DNA of 64,000 nt, taken from positions 4,270,880-4,334,879 of the forward strand of contig NW_003314261.1 in NCBI RefSeq assembly GCF_000143415.4. Direction: 5' to 3'. A model generated the notes under the pieces. The model worked only from the letters and a program-made list of their open reading frames with translations. It made no database searches and was not told where the DNA came from. Within the stretch, counting starts at the first letter, position 1. The number at the start of each line of letters is the position of its first letter. A program made the position numbers and the translations under genes. The DNA comes from Selaginella moellendorffii (lineage: Eukaryota > Plantae > Lycopodiophyta). Shown here in pieces: positions 34,600-47,880 of this stretch.

Positions 34600-34827
34600 T
34601 TGGCATGAGCCCTCATGCCATTAGTGGTACCACTAATGGCATGAGGCCTCACGCTATCTTTGGCCCCTGCTAGCCTGTTGCTATATTCCTTTTGCCTTGC
34701 TGCAACTGTATATATTTTTGTGTGTATGACTAGTCACCCATACAAAAATATATACAGTTGCAACAAGGCAAAAGGAATATGGCAATAGGCTAGCAAGGGC
34801 CAAAGATGGCATGAGGCCTCATGCCAT
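34600..34827. repeat. Nested loopless inverted repeats (192-bp and 58-bp palindromes)
   Basis: Arms symmetric about TGACT|AGTCA (34731/34732) and about GGT|ACC (34628/34629). Confidence 0.9.
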
Positions 34828-35164
34828 CTTGATAAACACATAGCTATAGGTAGGTAAAGAAACTATTGGCAATATGCTAGTGATGAACTTGCAAGCCCCA
34901 AGATGGCATGAGCCCTCATGCCATTAGTGGTACCGTAGCGCTGCTCGCACCACCACAACTGCTCGTAGCGCCGCTCGCACAAACTACCACTCACATAAAC
35001 TGTCGCTCGCAATGGCGCTCACAATGCCGCAACCGCTCTTAGACGCATAAACCACAACTCACAACGCCGCTTACACAAGCAGCGCTCACTGCGCTCAGCG
35101 GAACCAAGAACACGGCGCACAAAAATGATAGACCTAGGAATGAGTTCGAGAATTCAAAAATAAC

Positions 35165-37092
35165 ACACACTTGAACGTCATATCAAATCCTTTGACAAAC
35201 CAGATCTTATGATTCCTCTGACAAATTTCAAACTGAGTAGCTTCTAGACTTTGCTGTCGGACGTTGAACTTTGTCACATCATGTCCTTGCCTCGATCCAG
35301 CTGTGCCATGTCAGTGATTCGAACTTTGCCATGCCATGTCAGTGATCCGCGCCAAGATTATTCGCTGTGTAAAGGAATAATTATGTTGTGTGTGTACGTC
35401 CATTTATGGCAATATAAGGCCACACGCCATTCAAAGAATAATGCTAGTCGAGCATTTTTTTGTGCATTTTTGGGTTATGAGCCCACACGCTATAAAGTTT
35501 ACCTGTACCAAAAATAGAAACAGCTTTATTTTCTTGGGAATTTAAGTGGTTGAGGCATTTTTAAACTTACAAACACATGCCCTACTTACATTCCTTTGGT
35601 TGCTTAAAATTCAAAAATATTATAAACCTTTCTTTTTGCATTTTCAATATTTTCAATTATGGTTTTTGATTTTCGCAGGACCAGCCTAGTAATCTATTTG
35701 CATCCCATCATGTTTATAGCTAACTTTCGTTTGTCCCCTTCGCTAGCCTGAGATACATCTGCTTGGCATCTGCCTCTTACAGCATTTGCCCAGAAAGGGC
35801 ATCTTTCTTCACGCAGCATTTGCCACATGTTTAGGGTTTAGGGTTTAGGGTTTAGCAATTCAGTAGCTTGATAAACATGCAAATACAAAACTTGATGCAA
35901 AATCTTTTGATATGTCACAATGCCCCTAGGACCATAAACACATTTCAATAGAGAGGGTCCTTTCATTTCATAACTCCTTACGTAGATCTTGGTGAAACCA
36001 GAGTTAGTGAAGTTAGTTTCTTGTGATCTCACATCTGATTGTGATGTCCCTTTGCAGTGTCGATGGAAAGGTCAATGCACACCAAACTATAAAATCTTGG
36101 AGCAAAATAACGGTCGGATCTATGGCAAATGCCCCTGAAACATTGTAAGGCTCGTGTGGTCTCATGTGGTGTTTGATCGAGATGCTTCTTTGCAGGGTCA
36201 TCAAGAAAGACATTGTATACCATTCTGTAAAATCTAGTTGCGATTTAACGGTTGGATCTCTAGAAAACTCAAAAAAATCTCACGCGTGTCAGAATATTCT
36301 AGGAATTACTCCTATGTGCCCCTTAAAATGGCATGCGGCTCCACGCCATTCAAGAGATAACGCCAGATGATGTTGAGCATTTTTTGGTGCATTTTTTGGG
36401 ATCAAAATTGCATGAGCCCACACACTTGAACGTCACATCAAATCCTCTAACAAACCAGATCTTATAATTCCTCTGACAAATTTTAAACTGAGTAGCTTTT
36501 AGACTTTGCTATCGGACGTTGAACTTTGTCACATCATGTCCTTGCCTCGATCCAGCTGTGCCATGTCAGTGATTCGAACTTTGCCATGCCACGTCAGCAA
36601 TTCGCACCAAGATTATTCACCATGTAACTGCTCGGCATCTGCCTCTTACAGCATTTGCCCAGAAAGGGCATCTTTCTTCAGGCAGCATTTGCCACATATT
36701 TAGGGAGGGTTTAGGGTTTAGCAATTCAGTAGCTTGATAAACATGCAAATACAAAACTTGATGCAAAATCCTTTGATATGTCACAATGCCCCTAGAACCA
36801 TAAACACATTTCAATAGAGAGGGTCCTTTCATTTCATAACTCCTTACGTAGATCTTGGTGAAACCAGAGTTAGTGAAGTTAGTTTCTTGTGATCCCGCAT
36901 CTGATTGTGATGTCCCTTTGCAGTGTCGATAGAAAGGTCAATGCACACCAAACTGTAGAATCTTGGAGCAAAATAACTGTCGGATCTATGGCAAATGCCC
37001 CTAAAACATTGTAAGGCTCGTGTGGTCTCATGTGGTGTCCGATCGAGATGCTTCTTTGTAGGGTCATCAAGAAGGAAATTGTATACCATTCT
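35165..37092. repeat. Internal tandem duplication (~1.25-kb unit plus a partly deleted second unit)
   Basis: CTTGAACGTCAYATCAAATCC starts at ~35170 and again at ~36425; downstream blocks repeat. Confidence 0.85.
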
Positions 37093-37752
37093 TTATTTAG
37101 CTGAACATCTGGCATTTTTGGAAATATAAGATGCTTTAGAATATCCAATCATGCATGGTATAAATATAGTGAGGGTATTAAATGATATCCCAATCATGAT
37201 CTTTCTTTTGGATTTCACGTGCATGCAGTCCGAGATATGATGACATTGCGGATTTCTTTTGGATTTCACGTGCATGCATGCGCGCGGCGATCCAGAAATT
37301 AATGGTGGCGCCCAAGTTCGAGGAATGATGACGTTGCGTGATTACCAACCGTTGTGACATTTCGCGCGTGTGAGGTTAGGTTTTGCATTTTGCTTCATAC
37401 TCGTGCTTTCATACTCGCGCTCGCACACTCGCGATCACGCTCACATTCGCGCTCATCTACCTTCTCTACAGGTTTCTCGTGTGCATCGGCGTCCACTCGG
37501 GCTCGCATCACGCTCGCATCGCGCTCGTGTGCATCGGCGTCCACTTCAAGACACACCCAGTTTGTAACTTCGCCGCCAACTCCGCCGCCCACTCCGCCAC
37601 CCACACGCAGCCCACTTGGCGTCTCGGGAGATTTCAGCGCCACTCTCCAACTGTAAGTGGCAGAGTAGCCTTGCTGCTACGATCCGCTGCACACACAGTG
37701 CACATTCGCTAGCGAGTCCGGCCTCGATTGTCACGCCTCTATTCGGCTTCAA

Positions 37753-40700
37753 ATGGTAAGTCTTTTAGGCCAAGTAGAAAATGGCATGAGGCCACATGCC
37801 ATTCAGTAGCAACATTGGCATGCACCGATTGGGCTCTCGAGTGCAGTCCGGTTACAGATGGTGTGTAGCTTCATGCCATCTTAGGATGCAGCCTCAAGAC
37901 ATCTGATGCAGTGGTGAATGGCGTGTGGCCTCACGTTATTTCCAGCTGCTAGCTTTTCATCTGTCAGCTCTAATTGTTGTGCATTTCTGAACAGGCGAGG
38001 AATTGCGTTCTTCTTCCAGCCACTGTCAATGTGGATGTAGAGAAGGGGGAGGAGCTCACCAGTTGGACTTTCGGGATGGAAGGCGAGGATCTGAGGCTGT
38101 ACAACACAGATGGTGGGAGAAAAGAATGCATGGGGATCCTCATCCAAGTGACAGACACTCCATGCAGTTCCATGCAAGAATATGGACTGGCACTTGTGGT
38201 AGAGACAGCGTCCGCCTTCAAGATCCACCTTGCACATCCTAGCGGCTTCCCGAAGGGGGGTAGCGGCTATGAGGAATTCCTAGAGGGAGCTAGGGAGAGG
38301 TTGTCCAGGAGGCCCACAATTTCAAAGACGCCGCGGGTCTATGAAGATCACATGGAATCCACGGACCTCACCTACGGCGATGTTCAAAAACTATATTCCA
38401 ACATTGAGCCGTTGAGAGTGACTCCAGTTCCCGAAGCGAAGGGGAAGGGGGTCGATCTGGAAACTACCCCGAAGCAGAAAAGGGTGGTCAAGCTCAAGCC
38501 GACGTCCAACTCTCCTGCTCCAAAAAAGAAGCTGCTCGGTGATGCCATTGCCTCGGGTTCGAACACTACACCCACCAGAAAGAAGAGCCGCAAAGAACAG
38601 AAAGACCAAGAAGAGGCAGCAAAAATCGTCGCATATAATAGTACTTGTTACTATTCCAACAAAGTATATACAATTGACGTGAGCCACATTGACATCCAAA
38701 GCAAATACAACCACAGGCTAGTATCTGATGAGTGGGTGGAGAAACTGAAGCAGAAGATGCTGGCAAGTCCAGTAACACCCGACATCACAGACGTTATCCC
38801 CTACTACCAAATAATGAAGGGCGAGACGAGGTTTCCAGACTTGATCAATAGGAAGGTGTTGGACGATCAGAACATCCGGTTCTATGCCGTCTCCGGGCAG
38901 CATTCTAGCTTGGCGATGCAAGAGATAGTTGTGGATATTATGGTGGGCGAGGAGGTGAAGAAAGTCTTCAAGACAAGAGTTGTCTACCTGATAAAAGGCA
39001 ACTCGCCCCTCCGATCTATCATATACATCTCCCACGCGCAGAATGTCAAGCAAGAAACGTGCTACAAATCGGGTCTGCACGAGACATTGGCACAAACACG
39101 GAAGCTCTGGGTTCAACTGAAGAAGCCACAAAAATCAGGACAAGGACGTGCACTAGCAACTAGCGCCTGGCAGGTAAGCCTCGTTGCATGTGGCATAGCA
39201 TGTGGCCTCACGCCATTTCCATTGCAGGAATTCTCGAGTCTTCTCTCGAAAACACTGGGGGTCAATGACACACTCAGCATCCATAACATTCTACTCGCGA
39301 CAAAAGTTGTTTTTGACAAATAGGTAGATGTGCTGAGGAGGTACCATGACGGGGAGTTGCTAAACTCAATGGGTGTGGAGGACGGCCAGAAACCTAATGA
39401 TTTGAAGCTCAACGCCTTGCGTTTCTCGCGGTCTCTAGACGACGACGACCTTCTGACAGTGGCTAATGCTCTTCTACGTGGTGAGGTAGTCTTCAAGAAG
39501 ACCAAAATGACTCCTAGCCATATTGTGATATACGAGGACTTGTGCACAACTCTGAGAGCTCGTGCGCTATTGAAGGATTGGATCTTCGAGCAAGTGGCCG
39601 TGGAGAGGGTGAGCATCGACACCACGCAAGAGATGATGGAAGAGCTGGAGTTGTCAAATGAAGACATCGATGAGTACGTGAAGGGGCCCCCAAGTTCATC
39701 GATCTACTGCGGGATGCCACGAAAAGTAAAGCTGAGAAGCTGGATCAGTATCCAAATTTCATTAAGAGGGATGTCGACCGCCGACTTCAGAAACAGCTCG
39801 ACCCCGCAGCAGAGGCCTATCGAGAACCTTACCGGGTATACGTGAATTCGGATGAGGATCAAAGGTGGAAGAGCATCGTTTCCCGTGGAGATGAGCAGGT
39901 CAAGAACATCTTTTGTGTGATGGACTTCACAAACGAGGAGATCACTCATGCAGATGAAGTCAGCTCCATCATTGACTTAATGGTGGGACTTGCGGAGGTG
40001 GAATCTTCAGTCCACTATATGATCTATGACTCCGAATCCTATCGCAAGTTCTGGAAGGCCTTGAACGAGGTGAAGGCTCGGTTGAAAGGCAAGGAGATGC
40101 GGGAGATCCATGGGATAATGGCTAAAAAGAAGATACCGACGAATGTCCACATCTTCACACTCACCCTTGTTATTGGTCCTGCAGCAGAGTGGGACTGGAG
40201 TGACTTCCCAACTTCGTTCGACAAGGCCGATTGAATTGATCTGAGGGAGGTCAATTTACTCATGCCTGAGGAACTGAAGATGGCTATGGAGCTTTCGAAT
40301 CCAGAGAAAGCTCCAGGTGCAGCATGGGAAATGCTCAGCTGGGTCTTCAACGCAATAGCGGGTGGGTCACCTGCTTCCGACTCCAAGGGCAAATGCGTTG
40401 TTGAGTACAACTGCGGCGGACTATTCTTTCGAGCCGCACTACTCAAGGGTGTCCCGTGTGTTGCGGTGACAAACTCCATTGAATAGGTGACTTCAATAGA
40501 GCATATAATTACAGTTGCCAAAGAAAAACAGTATCTTCTCTGCGAACCTAGTGAGTATGCACTTTAAGTTTGAATGTTATCTCACAAGCTCTGTATGCAG
40601 GAGCGTGGCCACCCCCAGATGCTGAAACGGCTTTAACAGCTGTTGTTGAAGATACCCATGTTGGGCCGAGCTCACAACCTGCACAAGGTAAGGTCACGTG

Positions 40701-43700
40701 AGGCCTCACGCCATTTTGATTATAGATCGTTGTGAATATTCAGACACGAGGACTGAAAAGCGCACTGGTGGCGCGTCGAAGAAGGACAAACAGACAAGCA
40801 AGAGGAAAAAAGGAGGTACAAATTATATTTGCAATGGCGTGTGGTCTCATGCCATTCCTTGCAGGAGACACCATGCCATTCCTTGTAGGAGACACTTCTT
40901 CAAAGGGAAGGCACGAGGATGTACAGAAGGCAAAATAGGCAAGCACCAGCCAAGTACAACGGACGAGAGGTACCAATCATTTTTATTATACGTGAATTCT
41001 CATGCCATTGCTTCTTGCAGCTCAAATTCCAAAGAGACTAGGGCAAGCAGCGCAGAGGTTTGATGGCGTGTGGCCCCACGCAATTAACTAATGTTCTTGC
41101 AGATCGCGTCGAGGAAATCGAACAGAACAACGTGCCTCTAGTGGAGGAGGGGGAGGCCTCGGAGAGTGATAAGGAGAGTTCCGAAACAGGTACGATCATG
41201 ACATATGGCCCCATGCACTTATCTAAGTTTGTATTTCAGGGGAACGAGTTGAACCAATGGAAAACTTTATGAAAGGTAACTTAAAAATATTATGGGATGT
41301 TGCATGTGTTGATGCAATAATATACAGTTCAAGTGCCAAGGAGACGTCGTGAACCTCGAATTAGGCTACCTGCAAAACAGCTTTCAGACGCTGTAGACAA
41401 AGAGATGGACAACCGACCAGGACAGAGGAGGAAGGGTAAAAGCATTTGTGTGCTTATTGCGTATGTCCTCATGCTATTTCTGTAGAACGGGCCTATAAGA
41501 AACGAAAGCGAAAGGGAATTGAGGAGCAGGCACCTGAGGATGCGGAAGGCACGATAGAGCCTCCAAGGACGGGAAGTAAAGCGTCATGGTTATTGCGTGG
41601 GTCCTCATGCCATTTTTTGCAGATCAAGCTCAAACTGACAGTGGTCATAAAAAGCGAAAGCACGTTGGACAGTCGTCGGGATCAGAGGTGTTTGATTCGA
41701 AAAGGAAGAAGGGCAACGAAAAGATGATATGTAATGCCTCGCGGTTATGGCGTGTGTGCTCATGCCATTCATTGCAGATCAAGGGCTGAGTGAAAGCAGC
41801 CAGTCACCACCTCCTGACTCAGATTCTTATGGCGGACTCCCCTTCCCCAATCTCAATGGAGAGGTACAATGGTTGAGGGATGCTTTTCAAGTCAGGGCCA
41901 TATTTTTCTCATCTCGTCGTCTTCGAAGGGTGCAAGAACGTGCAGAAACCATGTTAAGACAGTCGGGTGAGGATACGGTCCTAGATCACGCACTAAAACA
42001 GGCTATGGATGTCTTGTATTTTGAGATGGAGACTCGGCCAGATGATTTTCCCAAGATGGTCCTAGAAGAACAAGCCATCCAGCCTGAGCAGCCTATGGAA
42101 GAAATGCAGGAGGGGGATGAGGAGCCAGAGAAAGATAATGAGCAGGAAGAGCAGAAGGACGAAGAGGAGGACAAAGAAGAGGAGGACAAAGAGGAGTTGG
42201 ATGGTCCTCACAATGGTGACGATCACAATAACGACGACGACGATGACGACAATGGCCAGCCTGAGGTGGCCAAAGAGCAGCGGAGGAAGGTCATACAAGA
42301 CAAACCATCAGGTAAATAATAGTACATCCATTCCTAACCTTTTACCATTTCTAACATTGTCCATGTAGGTCGCAGAGCAAATGGTAAGTAGAGATTATTC
42401 AGTTGAATTAAAATACAAACTCTAGCCTTTAGTGTCGAGGAAGGATAGTGCCAAGCAAGGGTTGAAATGTATGTCCAATCCTTCTGAATCAGTAGTGTGC
42501 CCAAGTGATATCAGTCCTAGTTCCTCAATAGCAGTTGATGGTAAATACAGTATAGTCGATTCAATGTGCTAATGAGTTTGTTTTTAGTAGCACGGGAGGA
42601 TACTATCTCAATCGAAGGGAGATATTTGGACATGCATATGGATCCGCTAGTGGACTCTACTTGCCTGCAAGAGTCATCAGAGCTGGTGGAGGCTACTATC
42701 CATATCAACGCTAAGTAAGTTGACCATGCTCCACTTGATGCTGCCCATACCACTGAGTCAATCTTGTCCACGTATCCAACTGATGGTGACCAGGCGCCAT
42801 TGGACCCGCATGAGGCCACCCCAGCCGCCGAGCCGGTCGTATCCTCATTTCCAACGGACTCAACGTGTGCCCAATCGTCTAACTACGCGCCGTTAGAACC
42901 TCCCTACACCGCCCCTGCTGCCTGTTTGGTCATGTCCACTTTGCCAATGGAGGCACCAGCTGAAATGGCGTGTGATCACACGCCATCGGAACCACCCCAT
43001 GCCACTGTTGAGCCAGTTGTACCAGAGTCTACAGCTGAAATGGCATGTGTTCACACGCCATCGGATGCGATTGACCCCACATTGCAGAGGAGAGTATTTC
43101 CGCCTTTCACGTTTCCTCGACTAAAACCCTCTCAACGACCATCGGGAGCACCATTCGCTAATATTGTAGATGGTAAAATTGACTTGTACCATTTTTTATG
43201 CTGACGCATTTCATTTCAGAGTCACGGCGAAGGTACTGTATTGTTTTTGATCTGAACGGTGTCCTTTTCTCCCATGAGTGTGGCTCTTCCTCGAATGTCA
43301 CTGCACCCTCCAAAGCCTGCGGTCGCAAGTTGGTCAAAAGAGACAGATTCACATTAATCACACGGGAGAAACTGCAGGATCTAATAATGACCATGCGACA
43401 CTTAAAACAGAGGGCCGGGTTCAATTTGCAATTGGGAGTTTGGACATCCATGATGCGCCACAATGCATTAACGTTGCTACAGATGATGCACGATCAGAGG
43501 CGAGTAATATTACCATTTGACTTTCTCCTAACGCAGGAGGATTGCTTGACTATGGTCCATGTGAAGGGTAGCAAGCCCATCTTCGTCAAGCCAGAGGCTG
43601 TAGTGATGAACCGGACTGCTAGGTCAAGTGAAATCCTCATCATCGATGACTCGCTGATTAAAGCTGCAGTGAACACGCACACATATGCAGTGCACCCCAT

Positions 43701-44082
43701 CTCTTGCAGTATGGAAACTAGGGAGAAGAAACTGTATGTTCTGGGGGACCTTGCAAAACGGCTTGGAGCGATGGTGATAGAGAACCGGTCAGTCCAGGAG
43801 GTGGCTGTAGAAATCAACCAAATGGCAGATGGAACGGTATATCAGAAGCCATTTGATCGGACAGACACCAGTCATCATTTATGGCATGTATATTGTCTAG
43901 CCAAGCACTATCCGCATCTCCATAATCTGCTCAATTGGATGGGCTCTTCGACCACTGAACATGAGCGTGGACGTATTAGAGAAGAGATGGCATTACTATT
44001 GGGTTTAAATCCTGATAGTGTGGAGAGTGATGAAATTCCAAGATTATTATATAGGCGTTGGAGGCAAAAAATAACAGTCTGA
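37753..44082 (+). pseudogene. Cargo gene of copy 2 (more exons than copy 1; intact phosphatase exon, frameshift and stops upstream)
   Basis: Colinear with 17876-23498; extra exons at ~40955-41625; GVWTS intact; frameshift at ~39685, stops at ~40232 and ~40484. Confidence 0.8.
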
Positions 44083-45355
44083 GATGGCATGTATTTATTT
44101 AAAAATGTAACTTATTATGGCATGGGGTTCCATGCCATTGTATTAATATTAAAAGACAATTCTTTGAGAGGATTTGCATTATACTAGAAGTGTTACAGCA
44201 TGTTATTGGAAGTCTACGAAGTTGTTTTATTAATAATGGGAAAGTAAAGATTGAATGGGGACTTGGGCTCCACCTAGACTCGGAGCAACTGAGCCAATAT
44301 TAAAAGGATGGAAAGAAATTGGACAACGATGACAAGGAGAAGAGAGAGGTGAAGCAGTGGCAGGGGGAGGAGAAGTGATTGAGTAGACATTTTCTTGTTT
44401 AAAATAAAATGGCATGTGCCTCAATGCAGTTGAATTTTGTTATATTTATATACTATATAAAGGTTTGGAAACCTTATTTTACAAGTGGGATAATGACAAT
44501 TCCCACTTTAACGAAATAGAGCTTTAAAGGACATGGCGAGAGCTAAGGCTGGGGGGAGGATTGGCTTGGGAACGGCGTGACGAGCAAGGGCAATCAAGAT
44601 CTAAGCACAATAAGGGCTTTGACCTAGTGTGGACTCCAGTAAGCCTCGCCCGGGCTGACGCCCATTTTAGAACCGCTACATTGACCCGTGTCCAAATTTG
44701 CAATCTAGCACCATTCCATATTTAGTACGTTTTGAGCTTGTCCCAAAGACTAACTCCTGATACTAAGGGAGGCTTGGGGTGAAAGCCCAAAGTGTGTGTT
44801 TTTCAAGGGGGGCTTGTGGGGGGTTCCAAATGTATAGTAGGGATAGTGGGTAGGTCGAGCATGGCCAACTAACCTGAGGCATAGTCTAGCTCCCACTTGC
44901 ATGCCTGTCCTTGTTCTGCGTTCGGCTTGGGTCTAAGCCCAAGTTTCATTCCATGATAGCTGGTGGAATACCCATGTCCTCACGTTAGGCCACCGGTATG
45001 CTGAAATAGCACTAGACTCTGTTTGGCTTCGTTTTGTGTGCTGGTCCTAGCATTCGGATGCTGGTTACTCTAGGACTGTTCCAAGTCTCTCTATGCCCCT
45101 ATCCCTTTGCTCCTTGGGCTATATGCTTGGGAGTTGTTCCGTGGTTTAGTTCTGTCACTCCTTGGCTCCATACTTGGGAGTTTGGCACTATTCCTTTGTT
45201 CAATGGCCCAAGGCCTTAATACTCGGGTTCCACACCACGTTCCTTTGGACACATGGCATCTGTCATGTGGCACAAAGAGGGTTTAAGTTCCGCTTTGTGG
45301 TGTTATCCTATGGTAAATCACCATAGGATAAAGGGTAAAAACCACATGAGCTACA

Positions 45356-47880
45356 CCCCCCTTTAAGAAAGATTGATGTCTTTGTTAATGCATACTCTAG
45401 TCCAAACCACCACAAAAAAAAAACTTTAGAAAAACTTTATGGTGTTCACACTTTGTGAGAAATGCATCAACTTAAATGAGTTAGGTGGCAATCTCTCTAT
45501 TTAACGCAAATGTGCTACAACTTAGATGCCTTCTAGTTGTTATCAACAAGAAAATAACTAATAGAATTAGCCACCTTTGCAAGGTTGGGGCCTCTGGCTT
45601 CTCTCTATATATCACATGTAAGTAGGGGCATATCATCTTTTATAAATTAGATGACACCTAAAGCATAAGCAAAGAATCCAAACCCATCTGTAAAGTTTAG
45701 ATAAACTATTATAAACAAGTAGTTAGAGTTGTTTACATAGTTATACCCTTTTTAATGAAATAAGGAACATCAAGAAAGAGGTGAGTAATATGACCAGTTG
45801 AAATTAGCTATCCCATGACTAAAGATTTCACTATGCACATTAAGTGCTAAAGCCAGTCTATCTATATTGGCCAAAACCCAAGATCAAAAGATGGATAATA
45901 TTAAAGTTATAAACAATGATATCTTAAAGACTTAATTATCAGTAAATAAATTTTTAGATTAGAACACAAAAGTATTCCAAATAAGTTATTATTAGATAAA
46001 CCAAAATTATAGTATAGGAACCACCAAGATCATTATAGCTAAAAGTCATAGGATTAACCATTCAACAAAATTTATTAACAAATATATCATCAAGAAAACT
46101 CAATAATAAAGTTTAACTACCAGATACTATAGATAGCATGCCAAAAAAATTTAAAAAAACAACTAAGAAAACATAAAGTATCATTGACAAATAAATGTAT
46201 CACCCAAAAGAAATAACATTCTAATCTATCAGAATCAACTTAATCAATAATTCATAAAACAAAATGAATGTTGTAAAGAAAAAAAAACTTATTAAAGTGA
46301 ATCATCACTTAAAGCTCTTTAGCAACAAAATTAACCAGATTGAAGATACCTTACTTAGTATTTGAGACAATCCTTTGAAAATACTCAGCTACAGATAATA
46401 TATTATTAAGGAATGAATCACTACATTCAAGATTCAATGAAATCCAACATCATGAATTAAACACAACCAAATAATATTGATAGAAGTAAAATCTAAAAGT
46501 TTATCTAATAAAGCAAGCCCATCATTACTAAATCATCATTAAGTGAAGCAAGTGTCAGTAATCCTCAAAAAAATATATAAATAACCACTAATAGCAAAGC
46601 AACTAATAATCATTTGTCAACTTACCATCACAAAACCCAAACATTAAACTAATGTCACCAAGTCATATACTTGTTCAACAAGAAGGTAACACTCCAGGTA
46701 TAAGATATAAAAATATGGGCAAGTATGAACAAAATGACCATTTGAATCCAATAAAACCACAATAAATTTACCAATATGTTTAGCTAATAGCTTGAGCATA
46801 TCCAAAGAGGCTAGATAACGTGATTAACACTTAGGTGAAACTAAAGTAAAGACTATAAAACAGACTTATATAAGCACAACCTCCTAATGGATAAAATTAT
46901 AATATAGATATTAACACCTTAACCGTAAATAACTAAGTTAAACATCACCATCTCAGCTAAGGCACAAAGCTATTAAAACCAAATCAAGATTAGTGAAAGC
47001 TCATTACTTTCATAGAATTTAACAAAATGCAAGGTGTAATTTACCATCTAATATAATGCTATAGAAAAAAGGCAAAATGTCATCTTTTTAGAAAAGTGCA
47101 ATTGCCATTTTTCTACACCAACTTTAGACTCTATTCAACTTAATTGTTTTAGCCCAAAAAGTCAATATCTTTTTTAGATCATATCATATAAATTACTTAC
47201 TAAAGTTGTACAACTAGCTTATAAAACAGAATGGTTTTCGAGCAAAATAATTAATAAATTAGCCATTAGAAAAATTTAAGAAAATTTATAAATAGTTTTC
47301 CATCCTAGAAAAGAATGACTTTAAATCCAGGAGTACAAACTTTCAAGACTCAACTAACTTCCTCCTACCTATAATTTCACCTAAGTTCACCTTAACATAA
47401 ATTTTCATGATTTAACAATATGTTTACACATTGAACATCATGCCTATATTTTCAACATCAAACATCAATATCTATAAAATACAAATAAATACTTAAGACC
47501 CAATCATGAAGACTATATCTTTAGATATCCATATTGCACTAATATTCCAAGATCTAATGTGAAGCTAAAACATTAACAAGAAAAATGATATGAAAAAGCA
47601 AACTCTAAGGAAAAACACCTTATCACTCAAAACAATAATGTCACTTCCACTAACACAAGTGCTAGTAATGTCAATACATTAACTTCATACCTTCTCCATC
47701 CAACAATCTACTTCAAGTGCTAATAGGTTTATAGCAAATAAATGTTATAACTTTTTCCAACACTTTAATGGGCAACTTCTCAAGAACCAATATATCAATT
47801 CAAGCTTAGCATAAAAGACCACTATTGAGAACTAAGTCAAAGCTACTTTAATGTTACTACTTTATAAGTAAACTAGCTTT
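45356..47880 (-). mobile_element. Older, AT-shifted inverted copy of element A internal region (starts at its PPT)
   Basis: Reverse complement resembles ~5590-7300 and ~26100-27000. Confidence 0.75.

Larger units (their letters stand above)
29739..44524. mobile_element. Sola1-like TIR DNA transposon, copy 2 (14.8 kb)
   Basis: Same TIRs (AAGCTC...GAGCTT), 4-bp TSD TAAA (29735-29738, 44525-44528); the empty site is visible in the sister repeat at ~27615. Confidence 0.9.
27463..44680 (+). mobile_element. Small LTR-like element D carrying a captured host domain; inserted in the 3' LTR of A
   Basis: ~300-bp direct repeats (27463-27760; 29581-29738 plus 44529-44680), outer ends TGTAGTGG...CCGCTACA, gag-like remnant inside; TSD not clean. 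Confidence 0.7.
3643..45355 (+). mobile_element. Large non-coding (LARD-like) LTR element A hosting nested insertions
   Basis: 5' LTR starts TGTTGCGAATGTGACTTCGG at 3643 (its 3' end and PBS are deleted near 4530). PPT AAGGGGGGGAGAG at 26993-27005. 3' LTR at 27006-27462 plus ~44686-45355, ending GCTACA. Internal region is T/G-rich with no recognisable ORFs. No matching TSD. Confidence 0.75.
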
